Source: Paraspadella gotoi (Eukaryota > Animalia > Chaetognatha). From it: a DNA stretch of 64,000 nucleotides. The DNA lies in NCBI GenBank assembly GCA_051294375.1, contig CM119267.1:26461324-26525323 (forward strand). The letters run 5' to 3'. A program made the translations under genes and the position numbers. Of this stretch, positions 24,801 to 38,380 are shown piece by piece. The notes beneath the pieces were generated by a model. The model was given only the letters and a program-made list of their open reading frames with translations, ran no database searches and was not told where the DNA came from. The first letter of the stretch is position 1, and every line of letters starts with the position of its first letter.

Positions 24801-27442
24801 GATTATCAGGTCTGAGCAATCTTTCATAGCTGATAAAGGGATCAAAATTGACCATGATTGCCATAGGAAGTCTTTGAGTGAGCTGTAAGCAGAGAGAGCA
24901 TGGAAGGAATGGGCATAAGAGGAAGTGGTCACGGCGTGCTCGTCCGTGATGATGGCTCGTACCTGGTTCGTCTTCCTCTTGAGATCCACGGATATTACCA
25001 CTTCAGTGGATATTCCAAATGAACTCTTTCTGCGGCGTCGCTCGGGTTGCGCGTCGACGGATCCAGGGTCATTCTACCCTATGGACGCCAATTGGGTAAA
25101 TAACTGATCCAGGTCACCATTCGTATCTTCATCCTCTTTTTTCACCATTGCTACACACCTTTGATGCTTGCAATGGTTGATCCTCGGTCTGAGTCGGTAC
25201 ATATATTGGTCGTCTGAGCTAGGTCGTTCCATCCCTCATGGACGGTTGGTCTCGACCTATCGCGAGTCCATGGCCAGCGACTTTTCATAGAACAGTCACT
25301 GAGTCAGCGGTCTCTCTGATCCATCACTAGTAAACATAAGAGGACTGATCTACTTGACCTACCACACTGCAACGATTCAGAACAGAGACGGATCCACCGA
25401 GATCGCTATCCACATCACAGCAAATCAAGCTCGCGGCGTCGGTTGTCAACACTATAGAGGATACATACTGCCATCACGTTATAGGTGCAGCTCTGAGCGT
25501 AGATTATTAGCATCGAGGTCACGGTCATCTACCCTGATACCGGTCATCGAGCCAGGTCAGTGGATGCCATGTCGAGGTCACGTCGTCGCCGTGCGCATCC
25601 GAGATAAACGGAACCGTCGGAAGGTGATTCCACAGTCCACGTATACGCTGTCGTCACGATCCACATCGCCAATCAGATCTAGTGCGCATGTAATATATTT
25701 TATACATATCCAAACCATGGGACTTGGAAAGCGCGATAATCTCAGCATACACGATTGATCAGACCAGAGAGCTTCCTCACGTCATTCACCCATCAGGCCG
25801 AGCGCCTCTGCAGTTTTTTTGTTTTTCTCTTCCGTCTTAAAGATTACCTCTAGCTAAAGTCCGCATCTTAAGTATGATAGTGAATGATAGTACGGTCTGC
25901 TGAATCTATGCTTCTCTAAGTGACTAAAGGTCGGCGAACTTCGAAGAAAGGAACAACACGAAATGATTTCTTCTCAGTATTCTCTTCGGGTATTCGTTTT
26001 GTTTTTTTGTGCTTATATTTTCTAATATAAGTCTTGTTCTCTCTGACTATATACCAGAGTTCAAGACAGGTGCTGTAAGAGCTCTGGTAACATTCTACTT
26101 CATTCGGCGAATCAGAGACAATTATGAGCTTCGAGAGGAAGTCATCTGCATTTAAAGTCTTGGCATTATAGATAGACATTTTTGGAGTGTTTTTTGAATC
26201 TCTGCCAATGTAAGATACTCAAAATTGGGTGATATTACTTGTAGGGCGGGCCATGAAAGAGAAAACAAAAGATATACGGAGCGACGCTTCACGCGGACAA
26301 TCAACGAGTAGCTTATGAGCCACTTATTTCTGGTCTACTTGGCGATAAAAATGGTATTAAGAAAAGGGGATTGACTTGATGATTATGAAAGGGTATGTCT
26401 AGCGTATCGACGACAGTGGTTGAATCTAATGAATACTTATAATAGAATGCGCCGGAGTGAATCACTAAGTATTCAATATATTTTATGATAATTTAGCCTT
26501 ATGTCACCGTCTGGATCCGAGCCTGTATGCTAGGGTCGGATCCTTTGGCAGGAGCTGGTATGTGCCACCTTCTGCCAGCATTGCTTTCACCTTGTCTTTG
26601 TAGTCATGAGCGTTTTGACTACCGCAGCTCGTCCCTTATCTGCGGGATGAACCATGATGCTACGATTGCGTTTGAGCGAAGCGATGCCATTCGTTCACTC
26701 TTTCCGACATTAGGCGGGGGCGGTGCCCGTTTGGCGTTGAGCAACCGCGCCGCCGCCTCCCGAAGGGTTGCCGCCGCTTCGGGTTTTTGGTCGAGGAGCT
26801 TAGCTCCTGACTGCTATAACCGACAATGAGGTCAACAATAGGAATATTTAAAGTGGTTGGAATGAAAGATAACCTTTGCGTAATACATTATCTTCATCGG
26901 GAGTTAGGGTATAATCAAGACTTGTTGACGAGCCATTTGTCTTGCGCCTTCTTTCGTTGTCATCCGATAACCGGAAGAGTTCGTTCCTCGACTTGCGACG
27001 TCTATCCTCAGCGAGCGTCTGTGAGCGAGCCGAAGGCGGAGAATCTCCAGATTCGCGTTTTGCCGTTCCTTTGTCTCCCGGAAAATCTACGTGCCGCGAT
27101 CGACGATGCGCCGACGCCAGCTTGCCGAAACCTCGCGGAAGGTTTGTCGAGAGTCGTAAGGAGCTGGAGTCGTTGCTGTCGAAGCCGAGAGAGTTGGGAA
27201 ACTGGCAACGATCGATGAACGTCGAAAGCATACGACTTGCTCATTTTGAGCTCTTTCATACATCTTATATTTCACTAAAATCTTTACTTATCTATCCCTC
27301 TGAATTAAACTCTTATATTTCAAATTTCATTCATTTCAATTTTTCAAACTTCAAAATTAATTTATTGCAATTTGTTATTAGACACAAATCAAGTTGTTTA
27401 ATTTTATCTTTGTTGTACATTGCTCAAATGTAATTACTTATT

Positions 27443-27489
<47 letters not shown>

Positions 27490-28842
27490 ACCTTCACAAA
27501 TTATTCTTTTCACCACTTATTCTATCTAGCCTAAACTAAATCTGTCCTCTGAACTGACCACTAATCTCTCTCAATTCTTTGTTGGAAACTTTAACCTCTT
27601 CTGTCTCTCTCTCTCTCTTCTCTCTTTCTTTAACTCACAAATTGTCCCATTATTCACAACTGTCAAAAGGCTGATGAAGACTCGAAAATCTCTGAGTCGA
27701 AACATGTCTGCAACTTATTAATAATAAAATCGTTGTAACAATTCAAATTTCCTTTAAACTCTCTATACAACAACGAAAAGAAAGGATATACCATGGATAA
27801 ATAAAATATTAAAAAAATTAATATATGGAGTATGGAGTAATATAAAAAATTTTGTCCTATTCAAATTTTTTTTAAAATGTCCAAATTTTTCGTTTGAGTA
27901 GGTTGCTCGATATTCANNNNNNNNNNNNNNNNNNNNNNNNNNNNNNNNNNNNNNNNNNNNNNNNNNNNNNNNNNNNNNNNNNNNNNNNNNNNNNNNNNNN
28001 NNNNNNNNNNNNNNNNNNNNNNNNNNNNNNNNNNNNNNNNNNNNNNNNNNNNNNNNNNNNNNNNNNNNNNNNNNNNNNNNNNNNNNNNNNNNNNNNNNNN
28101 NNNNNNNNNNNNNNNNNNNNNNNNNNNNNNNNNNNNNNNNNNNNNNNNNNNNNNNNNNNNNNNNNNNNNNNNNNNNNNNNNNNNNNNNNNNNNNNNNNNN
28201 NNNNNNNNNNNNNNNNNNNNNNNNNNNNNNNNNNNNNNNNNNNNNNNNNNNNNNNNNNNNNNNNNNNNNNNNNNNNNNNNNNNNNNNNNNNNNNNNNNNN
28301 NNNNNNNNNNNNNNNNNNNNNNNNNNNNNNNNNNNNNNNNNNNNNNNNNNNNNNNNNNNNNNNNNNNNNNNNNNNNNNNNNNNNNNNNNNNNNNNNNNNN
28401 NNNNNNNNNNNNNNNNNNNNNNNNNNNNNNNNNNNNNNNNNNNNNNNNNNNNNNNNNNNNNNNNNNNNNNNNNNNNNNNNNNNNNNNNNNNNNNNNNNNN
28501 NNNNNNNNNNNNNNNNNNNNNNNNNNNNNNNNNNNNNNNNNNNNNNNNNNNNNNNNNNNNNNNNNNNNNNNNNNNNNNNNNNNNNNNNNNNNNNNNNNNN
28601 NNNNNNNNNNNNNNNNNNNNNNNNNNNNNNNNNNNNNNNNNNNNNNNNNNNNNNNNNNNNNNNNNNNNNNNNNNNNNNNNNNNNNNNNNNNNNNNNNNNN
28701 NNNNNNNNNNNNNNNNNNNNNNNNNNNNNNNNNNNNNNNNNNNNNNNATTAATAGTTGCAGACATGTTTCGACTCAGAGATTTTCGAGTCTTCATCAGCG
28801 CTTTTGACAGTTGTGAAATGGGACAATTTGTGAGTTAAAGAA

Positions 28843-28901
<59 letters not shown>

Positions 28902-29012
28902 AGAGGTTAAAGTTTCCAACAAAGAATTGAGAGAGATTAGTGGTCAGTTCAGAGGACAGATTTAGTTTAGGCTAGATAGAATAAGTGGTGAAAAGAAATG
29001 AAATTTGGTGAA

Positions 29013-29052
<40 letters not shown>

Positions 29053-32000
29053 AATAAGTAATTACATTTGAGCAATGTACAAACAAAGATAAAATTAAAC
29101 AACTTGATTTGTGTCTAATAACAAAATTGCAATAATTAATTTTGAAGTTTGAAAAATTGAAATGAATGAAATTTGAAATATAAGAGTTTAATTCAGAGGG
29201 ATAGATAAGTAAAGATTTTAGTGAAATATAAGATGTATGAAAGAGCTCAAAATGAGCAAGCCCCCCAGGTCTTATGAATGAAAGGCATGGCTGATGGTGC
29301 CGGGTCATTGGCGCGTCATAGGCTGAGAGGACAGTGGGGTTGATCTCAAGTTTGCTGGCTCGGGCAGCGATCCCTGAGGAAAGAGACCCAGAGCTACCCT
29401 AATGTCCCTCTGGCCTGATATGCCTGCCGACGGCCCTCTTCTCACCTGACGGTGAGGCGGGCGAGTATCCACTCTCTTGCCACTTTTGCAGGGACGGTGG
29501 AACCCTCTTCATCCTCCTGCAGCCGTCGTTTGGGACGACGCTCAAGCCTCAGAGAAAGAGACCGAGTTGCTGCAGAAGATTCGGAGGCATCAGATGCCCA
29601 TCTATTGACCGAAGGTCTCCGCCTGATTCGTTGAGTAGAAACAGGGGAGTCATTGTGCGGCTGAGGTGGTGTGGGACGTTGCACCACTTTTTGATAAGCG
29701 AATCATAGTTTGGAGGGAGGTCGAATCGTCCTCCATCACGATTCAAAGAAGGTTCGAGGGCCTTGATGTAAATCGCCTCTCTAATACCTCTTGAGAACCA
29801 TTTTGGTCATGGAACAGCACGAGACAGTCTTCCTCTCTGAATTGATGACCACTGAGCGTTGCGTGCTCTGCTATAGCGGAACATGATATGCCCACGAGCG
29901 TCTCTGTAGGGTCTTACGTGCTGTTGGAAACGGTCTGAGAGAGACTTGCCTGTCTCGCCCACATATGCTGCTGCACAGGGTTGGTTGCCCGCACCTGCAA
30001 CAGGCCGCCCAATAGACGGCTCCTGATGTTTTCGGTCTGGGGATTTTGTCTTTCGGTTTCACCATTGCTCACGAAGAGAGCCGCGGGCCGTCACTGAGGT
30101 GGGATCCCCTGCTTTGCTAGCACCCGCACCAATGACTCAGTGATCCCCTGGTGGTAGGGAGGGACAAGTGGCCCACGTTCTTGGACGCTTCTGCCTATCT
30201 TCCATTTCGCTTGGTGGCGCGGTTGGCACTTGGCAGCAAGATCCCAACCATCCTCCTGGGGGGTAGAGGATGTGCCAACGTCAGCGGTTACTTGGGTAGC
30301 CCCCTGCTGGCCACTACCCTCAGCCGGTTTCTGCCGATACCTTGCCTTCTCGAAAGCCCACAGAGGGTAATTATTGAGCGCCAAGGCTCTTTTGACGTGC
30401 TCAAGCTCGGCGGCCTGAAGCTCGGGGGTCGACGGAATCAGCTGAGCTCTTCTGGTAAGGGATCTGACCGTTGCAAGCTTATGACTCAAGGGAGCATGAG
30501 AATCAAAGAATGTACTGGTCTGTGTGCGTTGGTTTCGATAAACCGTAAATTCCAATGAACCGCCCTCTTTGCGCTGAATCAGCACATCGAGCATTGGAAT
30601 TGACCCATTCACCTCTTTTTTCACATGTCCACTTGATGCTTGCATGTTTACTGTTCAAATGGTTTAGTAGGTCCTCAATGAGGTCCTTTCTCACGGCCAG
30701 TATTGTATCATCTGCCTTCCGATACCAGAAGAGGATGACTCTGCCCCATGCAACGATCGAAAAGAGGACAAAGCTTCCACCTCATAGTCCTCCATAAAGA
30801 AATCTGCCAGAGACTTGACGTAGATTTGCCCATCCCTAAGCCACCAGGCTGGGCGTAGTACTGTTCCATCGAACCTGAAGTACGCCAGTTCCAGGTCCAA
30901 TCGCAACAGCGCCATGATATCATCCAATTGGATTGGCGTACGCTCGTGCAATGACCGGTCTTCCATCAGGCGACGCTCTGCCGATTTTAGCGCCAAGTCC
31001 TGTGGATATTTGTGAACATGCTTTGCAAATCGCACGAGACCAAGAGATGAGTATCGGGCACTTTTGTTTGTTGCAATTTTTCTGTCAGATCTATAGAGTT
31101 CAAGAGGTGGTGTTCATTACCGACAAGAGGAGTGAGAATTCTTCTCAGCTCCTTTGTCATTCCATTGAAAATGGAATTACGGGGGAGACGATCGGGCGCA
31201 GCGGCAAATCGGGCTTATGAACTTTCGGCTGGCCGAAGAAAAGGGCGGCTGCGTTGAGTCAGGGTTGACTCTGAAATACTGATGCGGACAGTATTCATGT
31301 ATTTTCCTTGTCACGTCTGGATCCGAGCCCTGTATGCTAGGGTCGGATCCTTCAATTTCTTAACCACCTTATTGAGTTAGTCTCCCCATAATATAGCATA
31401 AAATCTGGCATATTCAAAATGTAAAAAAAATTTAAGGTTTTTCGATCTACAGCATTGGACAATGGACAGAGTATGAAAAACACGGCATTCCTGGAGATCA
31501 ATGCCCTCTGGAAGCCTATGGGAAAACGAAGAGCAAGGTTTTTCTTAAAGAATTAACGGAAAAAAGAAGAACGAAATGGAAATGAAGAGGATAACATTTC
31601 GGGAAAAAAAAAAAAGGAATTCAGATATCATAATTTTTTTTTTAAATAATTTTTATTTTTGTTACATGAAATTGGTACAACCAATATACATTTGGGTAAA
31701 AATTAAGGTTACAATAAATTATAATAAAGAACAAATTAAAAATAAGTGTAAGTTAACTAGAAAAATAAATTAAGATTAAAAATAAGTTAGGGGTAAGTTA
31801 GGGTTAAGGGTAAGTTAGGGGTAAGTTAGGGTTAGGGGTAAGTTAATTTGGTCAACTGACATAATTTGGTCAACTGACATAATTTGATCAATTAAGATAA
31901 TTTGGTCAACCGGCATAATTTGGTCAACTGGCATAATTTATCAACTGGCCTAATTTGGTCAACTGGCATAATTTGGTCAACAGGCATAATTGGTCAACTT

Positions 32001-35000
32001 GCAGAACTTGATCAACTTTAAGAATTTGGTCAACTGGCATATTTTTGTCAATTGGCATAATTTGGTCAATCAATCAATCAATCAGAGAGAGATAGAGAGA
32101 GAGAAACTTTAAAAAATTCAAATAAATGTGTCTTTTGGTTTTCTAATTTGAACTCTTTTCCACTCCTATGATTCCATCACATACTTTCCTACCAACACAC
32201 AAAATTCAATTTCGATTTATCTATCCAATTTTTAATATACATAATAATTATGAGTAAATTTAAGTAAAAATGCTTCAAGTAAATATGACTTTTGTTTTTT
32301 CCATTTTAACTCATTTCCACTCGCACGATTCCATTGAAACTTTATATCCAGCTCAATCACACACTTTCCTACCATCATACAAAATTTCAAGTCAATTGCC
32401 CTATCCACTCATGAGCAATTGGCGTTCAAATAGTGAAATATATTTTTTTGTTTTTTCCATTTAAACCAATTTACACTCGCACGATTCCTCGAAACTTCAT
32501 ATCCACCTCAATCACACAGTTTCCTACCCACACACAAAATTTCATACCAATCCATCCATCCAATCACGAGTAATTGAAGTTTTCTGCTAAGGTGGGACGG
32601 ACGGACGGACGGACAGACATCGTTTTTTTTGCATAATTAATCATAATTCGATGTTCTGACATGATAGAAGTGTGTGCCCGACAATATTGAGGGGGCGGAC
32701 GACAAAGTGAATTATAGAGTCGGGATCTGCTGATAAGCAGACCCGACTAAAAAGGGGGAGAAGTTGACTCACTCCGGCCAGCATGAACCCGGCGCGGGGC
32801 ATCTTCACTACCGTCGTAGCCGTTTTGGTCGTGGTGGTTGTCAAGAGGGAACCGGGCGCCACCGACCGCATGGGCGAAACGAAACTGACAGGGCGGACTT
32901 GAGGGGATTGACTTTGGGAGGATGAGTTGGACCCAATGACGGACATCTACCGGATGAAATAGGGAGAGAGACATAATATGCAGGTAAAGAAAAGAAGATG
33001 AAAGAGGGAGATAAAGAAAAAAAGTCGAAAAAAAGTATAAGCAAGAAAAAAAAGGGAGAGAAGGATTATGAAAAAGAAAAGGAGAAAGAAAAAGAGTGAA
33101 AGAAAAGAAAAAGAAATAGAAAGTGAAAAAAAGATTATAAGCAAGAAAAAAAAGATGGGAAAGAGAGATTTGGAAAGATATTTAAGAGTATTAGAGCCGA
33201 AGTTTGAGGATGAGAAACTTTGTCAAATCAAGTAAAAAAGAAAAGGAAAGCGAATAATACCTTAGAACCGGCGCCTGGCAGAATTTGTTGATGAATCGAA
33301 GTTGGATTTCCGGAGGCGGCCACCGCCGAAGCGGCCAACGCGGGAGTCATGAGGGGAGAAAATGTCGGGCCTACATATTTGACAATTTTTAAAAAATGTT
33401 TTGCGTCGACCAAACAAAGCCGGATCTGTCCATGATCATTTTGCGGTAAGCAAATAATTAGGATAATAAGTTATGAATAATCTTATAATTTACCAATAAT
33501 ATTTATTCTTCATAGTTTTTTAACCTCCTTTGCCTCCGTCTTATTTTATTTTTCAGTATTACGTTGATGCTTTAAGATATACTTTTTTATTTAAATGCTG
33601 TCGTTTTAGTTTTTGTCGTCTTATTACCAAAAAGGCATAGTCTTAGTCTTTTTATATTTTCTTTCTCTATTTCTTTCCAGATAGAGGGATAAGTATATTT
33701 CACTGGATTCCCCCATTTCTCTTCCCCATTCTCGCTCGAGACACCTTTTCTTCTTCCTCTTCCGCCTCTTTTCCTCCCTTTCCCTTCCTCCTCATCGAGC
33801 GACGACAGAAGGAGCAAAGAGAGAGATTATACTTCTGTCTTGGGTTCTACTCCCTCTCAGAGAATATACTTTTTTTACCTATTTTTTGGACTTTTCCTTT
33901 GACTTTACTCATAGAGAGATAGAGATGATGGACCTACCCATCAGTGAGCTTTCTTTTAGATCTAGTAGTTATTTTTTCATTCATAGGTTTTTTCCTCATA
34001 CTTCTGAAGAGACAGAAATAATTGTTATGCAATATGCAAATTAATGCAATATAAGCAGTCCCAAAGCTTCGGATCAGGCCGTAACACCGTGTTACAGGCC
34101 TGGCCTGGCCTCGATCTATCGAGAAGCCGTGAACAAAAGGGGCGCTCGTGGTAGGGCAGAACGATATGAGAATTATATTTACAGAAAGCTTCATATTATA
34201 AAATGTAGTACCCCTTTTTTGTGACCAGAATCTGTTGCCACCAAACTACCCAATCGAATTTAATGAAATTTTGCATTTAGAGTGCTAATGACTATATAAA
34301 TGGAACTATCGAGGCGAATTTTGATATTCAACCCCTGACAAGAGATACAGGGCCCTGGGAGAGGACCCCTGGGGGGCCAAAAAATACTAAAAAAATTTTT
34401 TTTATTTTTCAAATTTTTTTAGTAGCATCAGGTGCATTGACGTTTTAAACATAAGAAAAAAAACATTTTAGAACTAAAATTGATAAATTTGCAATAATTA
34501 AGCATGGTTGAAGATGCATGGTTCATCGTTTTACTTCCAATTTTCCCAAATTATTCGAAATCTGACTTTAACTGCTGATGTTCATAAAGCTAAAAATTAA
34601 GGTAAATGAATATTTTTGAGGTAATAAATACGTTTTTGTGGAAGAGTAAACGTCTGAGCAACTGTTTAAAACAAAAATAATAAAAAAATAATAAAAATTT
34701 TTTTGACCATTTGTGGCCCTCAGGGGCTGCCCCCTCAGGGCCCGTTATCTCAGCTTAGGGGTTGAATGTAAAAATTCGCCTCGATAGTTCCATTTGTATC
34801 ACTACTGGTACTCCGCATGCAAAATTTCATTAAATTCTATTCAGTAGTTTTCTCGGAACGTGTTCTGGTCACAAAAAAGGGGTACCACATTTTATAATAT
34901 GAAGCCTTCTGTACAGGCTACTTGGAAAACCGAACTTAAAAAAAATCAAAAATAAAAACGAAATTATACATAGGCTACCTAAGATACTTAAGATACCGAG

Positions 35001-36884
35001 TAAAAAGAGAATTACTGACTTGCTAAATTAAAATGCGGAGTGAGGCTGGAACCGGCGGCTAAGAGACTTCCCATCAGCTTCTGCTGTTGCGTCGTCAGCG
35101 ACGACGACGTCGAATTCTCGCACAATCGACGATTCTGTATTTTAAAAGCGGAAATCTACAGTATCAAAGTATCAGAGCATAGGAAAATCTGCTTGGATGC
35201 TCTTCTCTGTTAACCTTATGAGCGGCAGCGGCGGCTGCTGCGGCGGCAAAGGCGTTCGCGACGAATGAGGACGATTGAGACGATGCTGAGAAAAAAAAGA
35301 ATTAAAATGAATGTACTATTAATGTACGAAGATCTACATAAATTTAAGATAATAATAATAATAATAATAATAGCAAAAGTGATCTTCAAGTAAAAGCGAT
35401 GAAATTGAAAAAAACGAAAATAAACGAATGAATCACTAACCGATGTTCGTACTGGAGGCAATACTGACTTTGACCGACGAACTAGGAATGGACGTGTGCG
35501 AGGCCTAGCAAGCAACACGCGTTTTGTTAAAACAAAATAAAAAATTATGTTAAATAAAAATGGTGGTTACCCGGGATCCCGACATGCCATAAACTTTCGA
35601 AGAATCGGGCGCCTTCGAATTCAATACTTTTTCGAATGTCGGCGGCGGCGGCAGAGGCGTCGTCGTCGCCGATTTAGCGGCTTTCTTCGCGTCTAGATAA
35701 TTAACGACGACATAAATGCAAAGGGTGTTCTTTTCATAAATATGAATGTTATTTTTAATTAACATTCAACGAAAAATTATTTCTTTTTTATTGATTTAAA
35801 TCATAAATCAAATTTACAATAATTTTGGCTAAAATAATTTAAACTCCGCACTCACTTCCGCCTTGTTTCTTTGACTTGACTTTCCCGCGAGAACCATTGA
35901 CTGTCTTTACATTCCCTAATAAGGAAAGAATTCCCATGAAAGTGAGGTCACTGCATGCCCCTCACATCGTATTTCAATGAAGGCGAAGTCAATGACATGT
36001 ATTAGAGGCAAGGCTTCCGCCTGGCCGTGACATCGCATTTCAATGAAGGCAAGGTCTATACTCGCCCGTGATATTACATTTCATACCAAAACCGTTGCGA
36101 TGCATTCCGCCGCCGCCGCCGCTTATTCCGACATTGAAAGGAGTTTCGTAATTATAACCGATAGTTCCTAGGGTAACGGGTTTGGGCGAAGCCACGACAG
36201 AACTAAGTGGAGAATTGATGGCGGCGGCTCCGTCGCTCCAACTCAAACTCTTCTCGTCCAATAAGTCGTGACTGGAAATTTGCATTTCTGGCGTCGACTG
36301 TGAAGGCCCGACTCGCCTTTCCGTAGAAGATGCTCGACGAATTGAGCTGATGGTGCTGCCGCCGCTATCTGGTGCCACGCTGGTGAGACTTTGGCTGGAT
36401 CGTCCCCCGACGCGTTTCCGCGATTTCGTAATCGCTAAGAAAAAAGTCAATTTTCAATCTTCGACAAAAAAAAAAAAAAAAAAAAGAAAAAAAAAATTCT
36501 TACTTGAAACATTTGGGTGCTGATCGAATCGGACGAAACCATTCGATGCACCTACGCTGATGTTGACCCCGCTGGGATTGTGAGTCCCGTTGCGTCTGGA
36601 GGCGGTGGCTGCGGCGGCGTCGAAAAGCGGCGTCGAGGAGGAGAAAACGCCGAGAAGAAAATCTAGAATTTCGTCGATGATGCATCTGTCGACGATGGAC
36701 TGAAGCGACGAAAATACAATTTAAAAAATCTTTAAAAAATCTTTAAAAAATAGTGATCTCGCCAGTCGTTAATTTCAAAGAAAATAAATCCAGAAAACAA
36801 AACGAATGATTGATACGATGATAGTCATTCATTGAGGCGATGTGTCATTCATCATCAATAAAACAAACAAATGCGCGTATGAGT

Positions 36885-36932
<48 letters not shown>

Positions 36933-37338
36933 AAGAGAAAGAAAGAGAGAGAGAAAGAAATATAAATAATAAAAAAGAGAAAATTTGTTTGTTTTGATAA
37001 AACGTAAACAAAACATATTTAATAACTGTCCAGACTCAATTTTAAGCACATCGATGATGAGAAGCTGCATATAAATTGGCGAGATAATTAAAAAACCTCT
37101 TTGAGACTTAAGTCATGAGTTAATAACCTGAGTGATTCCTTCGACCTGTTTCTTCCTCCGACTCATTCTGAGTTCATCATCGGCGCCTCCGACCCAGACA
37201 AGTGACGTCTCGGCCGGTAGCCTCTCGCGCAACGCCTCCACCTCGTCAAGCGGCGACAGCGGCGCTCTTTGGCCCAAAATGAACAAAGTTGGCGTCCGAA
37301 TTTGGAAAAAGGGATCGTCAACGTCGCCTCGAGTTCCG
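21826..37338 (-). CDS. KANSL3: KAT8 regulatory NSL complex subunit 3-like gene, 3' exons: 37128-37338, 36504-36699, 36066-36434, 35571-35692, 35441-35504, 35215-35285, 35020-35134, 33261-33370, 32773-32946, 23318-23413, 22264-22452, 22079-22188, 21951(or 21927)-22011, 21826-21879
   Basis: First two exons read GTRGDVDDPFFQIRTPTLFILGQ...SLVWVGGADDELRMSRRKKQVEGITQ|SIVDRCIIDEILDFLLG, matching the conserved C-terminal part of the KANSL3 alpha/beta-hydrolase-like domain. The later low-complexity exons join with phase-compatible AG/GT sites (one GC donor) to TAA at 21826. Upstream exons were not found. Confidence 0.8.
22464..23232 (-). mobile_element. Short complete DINE-1/HINE-like element in a KANSL3 intron
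   Basis: Both termini, subTIRs and (GGAC)n present. Confidence 0.8.
24241..27796 (-). mobile_element. Penelope-like element (very error-rich body) with inverted pseudo-LTR at 27239-27796
   Basis: Tail 24241-24272 is the inverse of 27723-27754; LTPDEDNVLRKG(Y)LSF N-terminal PLE motif near 26860-26900; patches match 30400-31350; approximate TSD ataaataaa(a)tatt; interrupts a repeat seen intact at ~9700-10130. Confidence 0.75.
27668..27712 (+). ncRNA. Minimal hammerhead ribozyme
   Basis: ctgatgaagactcgaaaatctctgagtcgaaacatgtc. Confidence 0.8.
28748..31352 (-). mobile_element. Penelope/Poseidon-like element, 5'-truncated, frameshifted RT plus GIY-YIG endonuclease
   Basis: YFRFDG..YYAQPGGLGMG, HLNSKHASIKWTCE, MLDVLI..TVYRKPTHTDQY, DSHAPLSHK, KPKDK..SGAVY, LNRDGG motifs; pseudo-LTR 28748-29258. 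Confidence 0.92.
28757..28801 (-). ncRNA. Minimal hammerhead ribozyme
   Basis: Same core as 27671; 3-bp stem I gcg/tgc. Confidence 0.8.
31846..32747 (-). mobile_element. DINE-1/HINE-like 5' portion
   Basis: Colinear with ~6190-7156. Confidence 0.75.
34182..34911. mobile_element. Internally deleted copy of the 1532-2804 MITE, opposite orientation
   Basis: Same TIRs, TA on both sides. Confidence 0.88.
36504..36699 (-). CDS. KANSL3: KANSL3 exon
   Basis: cttcag|SIVDRCIIDEILDFL...|gtaag, in phase with the preceding exon. Confidence 0.88.
37128..37338 (-). CDS. KANSL3: KANSL3 conserved exon
   Basis: cacacag|C GGA ACT CGA GGC GAC...CAG|gttatt; RGDVDDP and VGGADD motifs. Confidence 0.9.
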
Positions 37339-38380
37339 CTGTGTGTGACAGTTTGTATGCGTGAGTGAAAAAGAAAGTGAGAAAAGACAATGAAAATACA
37401 TAGCCAGAGCCAAAGTCAGTGGCATTAAATGAATAGATAATTTTTTATATTGTGTGTACTAATTTCATGCAGATTATTGATGACCACTATCCAGTAGGGT
37501 GAAATGAAAGTTTGGAATCAAAATTTAGATAATATATCTTGAAAACTATCATATTAATGAATACTAATCTTTAATTTTTTTTCTTCTTTTACAAATATAG
37601 TAGCCCAGTCAGCTTATTTTGTATATAGTACTACCCTTATATAAAGTCAAAATTTTAAAATGTTTTTTTTTAAATTCTGAGAACAGATTCAGTTTCCTTG
37701 TTAAAAGTTGATAACGAAAATATAAATCTTTTTCAAAAATGATGTCATTAAGTAGGTTAAAATTATAAAAATCTATATTTTTAAGCTCGAAATTGAAAGT
37801 CGGCATTTGTTTATATTTTTAACCAACTTAAAGAAAGAATTTTTAAAAAAGAATTATACTTTTTTATATTAACTTTTTGCAAGGAATCCAAATCCGATCT
37901 TAAAATGTAAAAATTTGAATTTTGAAATTTTAGCTTTTAATATACTTATTACCATATATAAATATAGCTCGCTGGTAGCCACTAATGTATAAAATTAAAA
38001 AATAAATTTATATAATTTTCAAAAATTTTATCATTTTCACATCACTACTATCCAGTAAGGCGTAGTGAAAGTTGCCGATCAATAATCGAATAGTTGATCA
38101 TGAACACTCATGTACAAAACATAAGCTTTAATTTGAGACCTCTCCCAAGTTTTTACGATTTTTCGTTATTGAATTATACATAAAAATTAGATATTTTTTT
38201 TAAAAAAATATTAATAAATTAGTACTTTAAAACGGATTATTTCTTAAAAATAAAGATACAAAAATGTAGTTCTACTTATAAAGCCTTAAAACAATTTTCT
38301 AAAAAATAAAAAAAAATATAATAAAAAATAAATAAAACAGATTATTAATTTTTTTTTATAAAAAATATATGATGTATAAT

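Noticed and set aside
24280-26500. Unique mid-GC sequence with many short ORFs
   Set aside because: Patches match the PLE at 30.4-31.3 kb; appears to be very error-rich sequence of a PLE body
27894-28838. Long ORFs spanning N runs (also 48097-50100, 49097-50092, 50233-50648)
   Set aside because: Artefacts of gap translation
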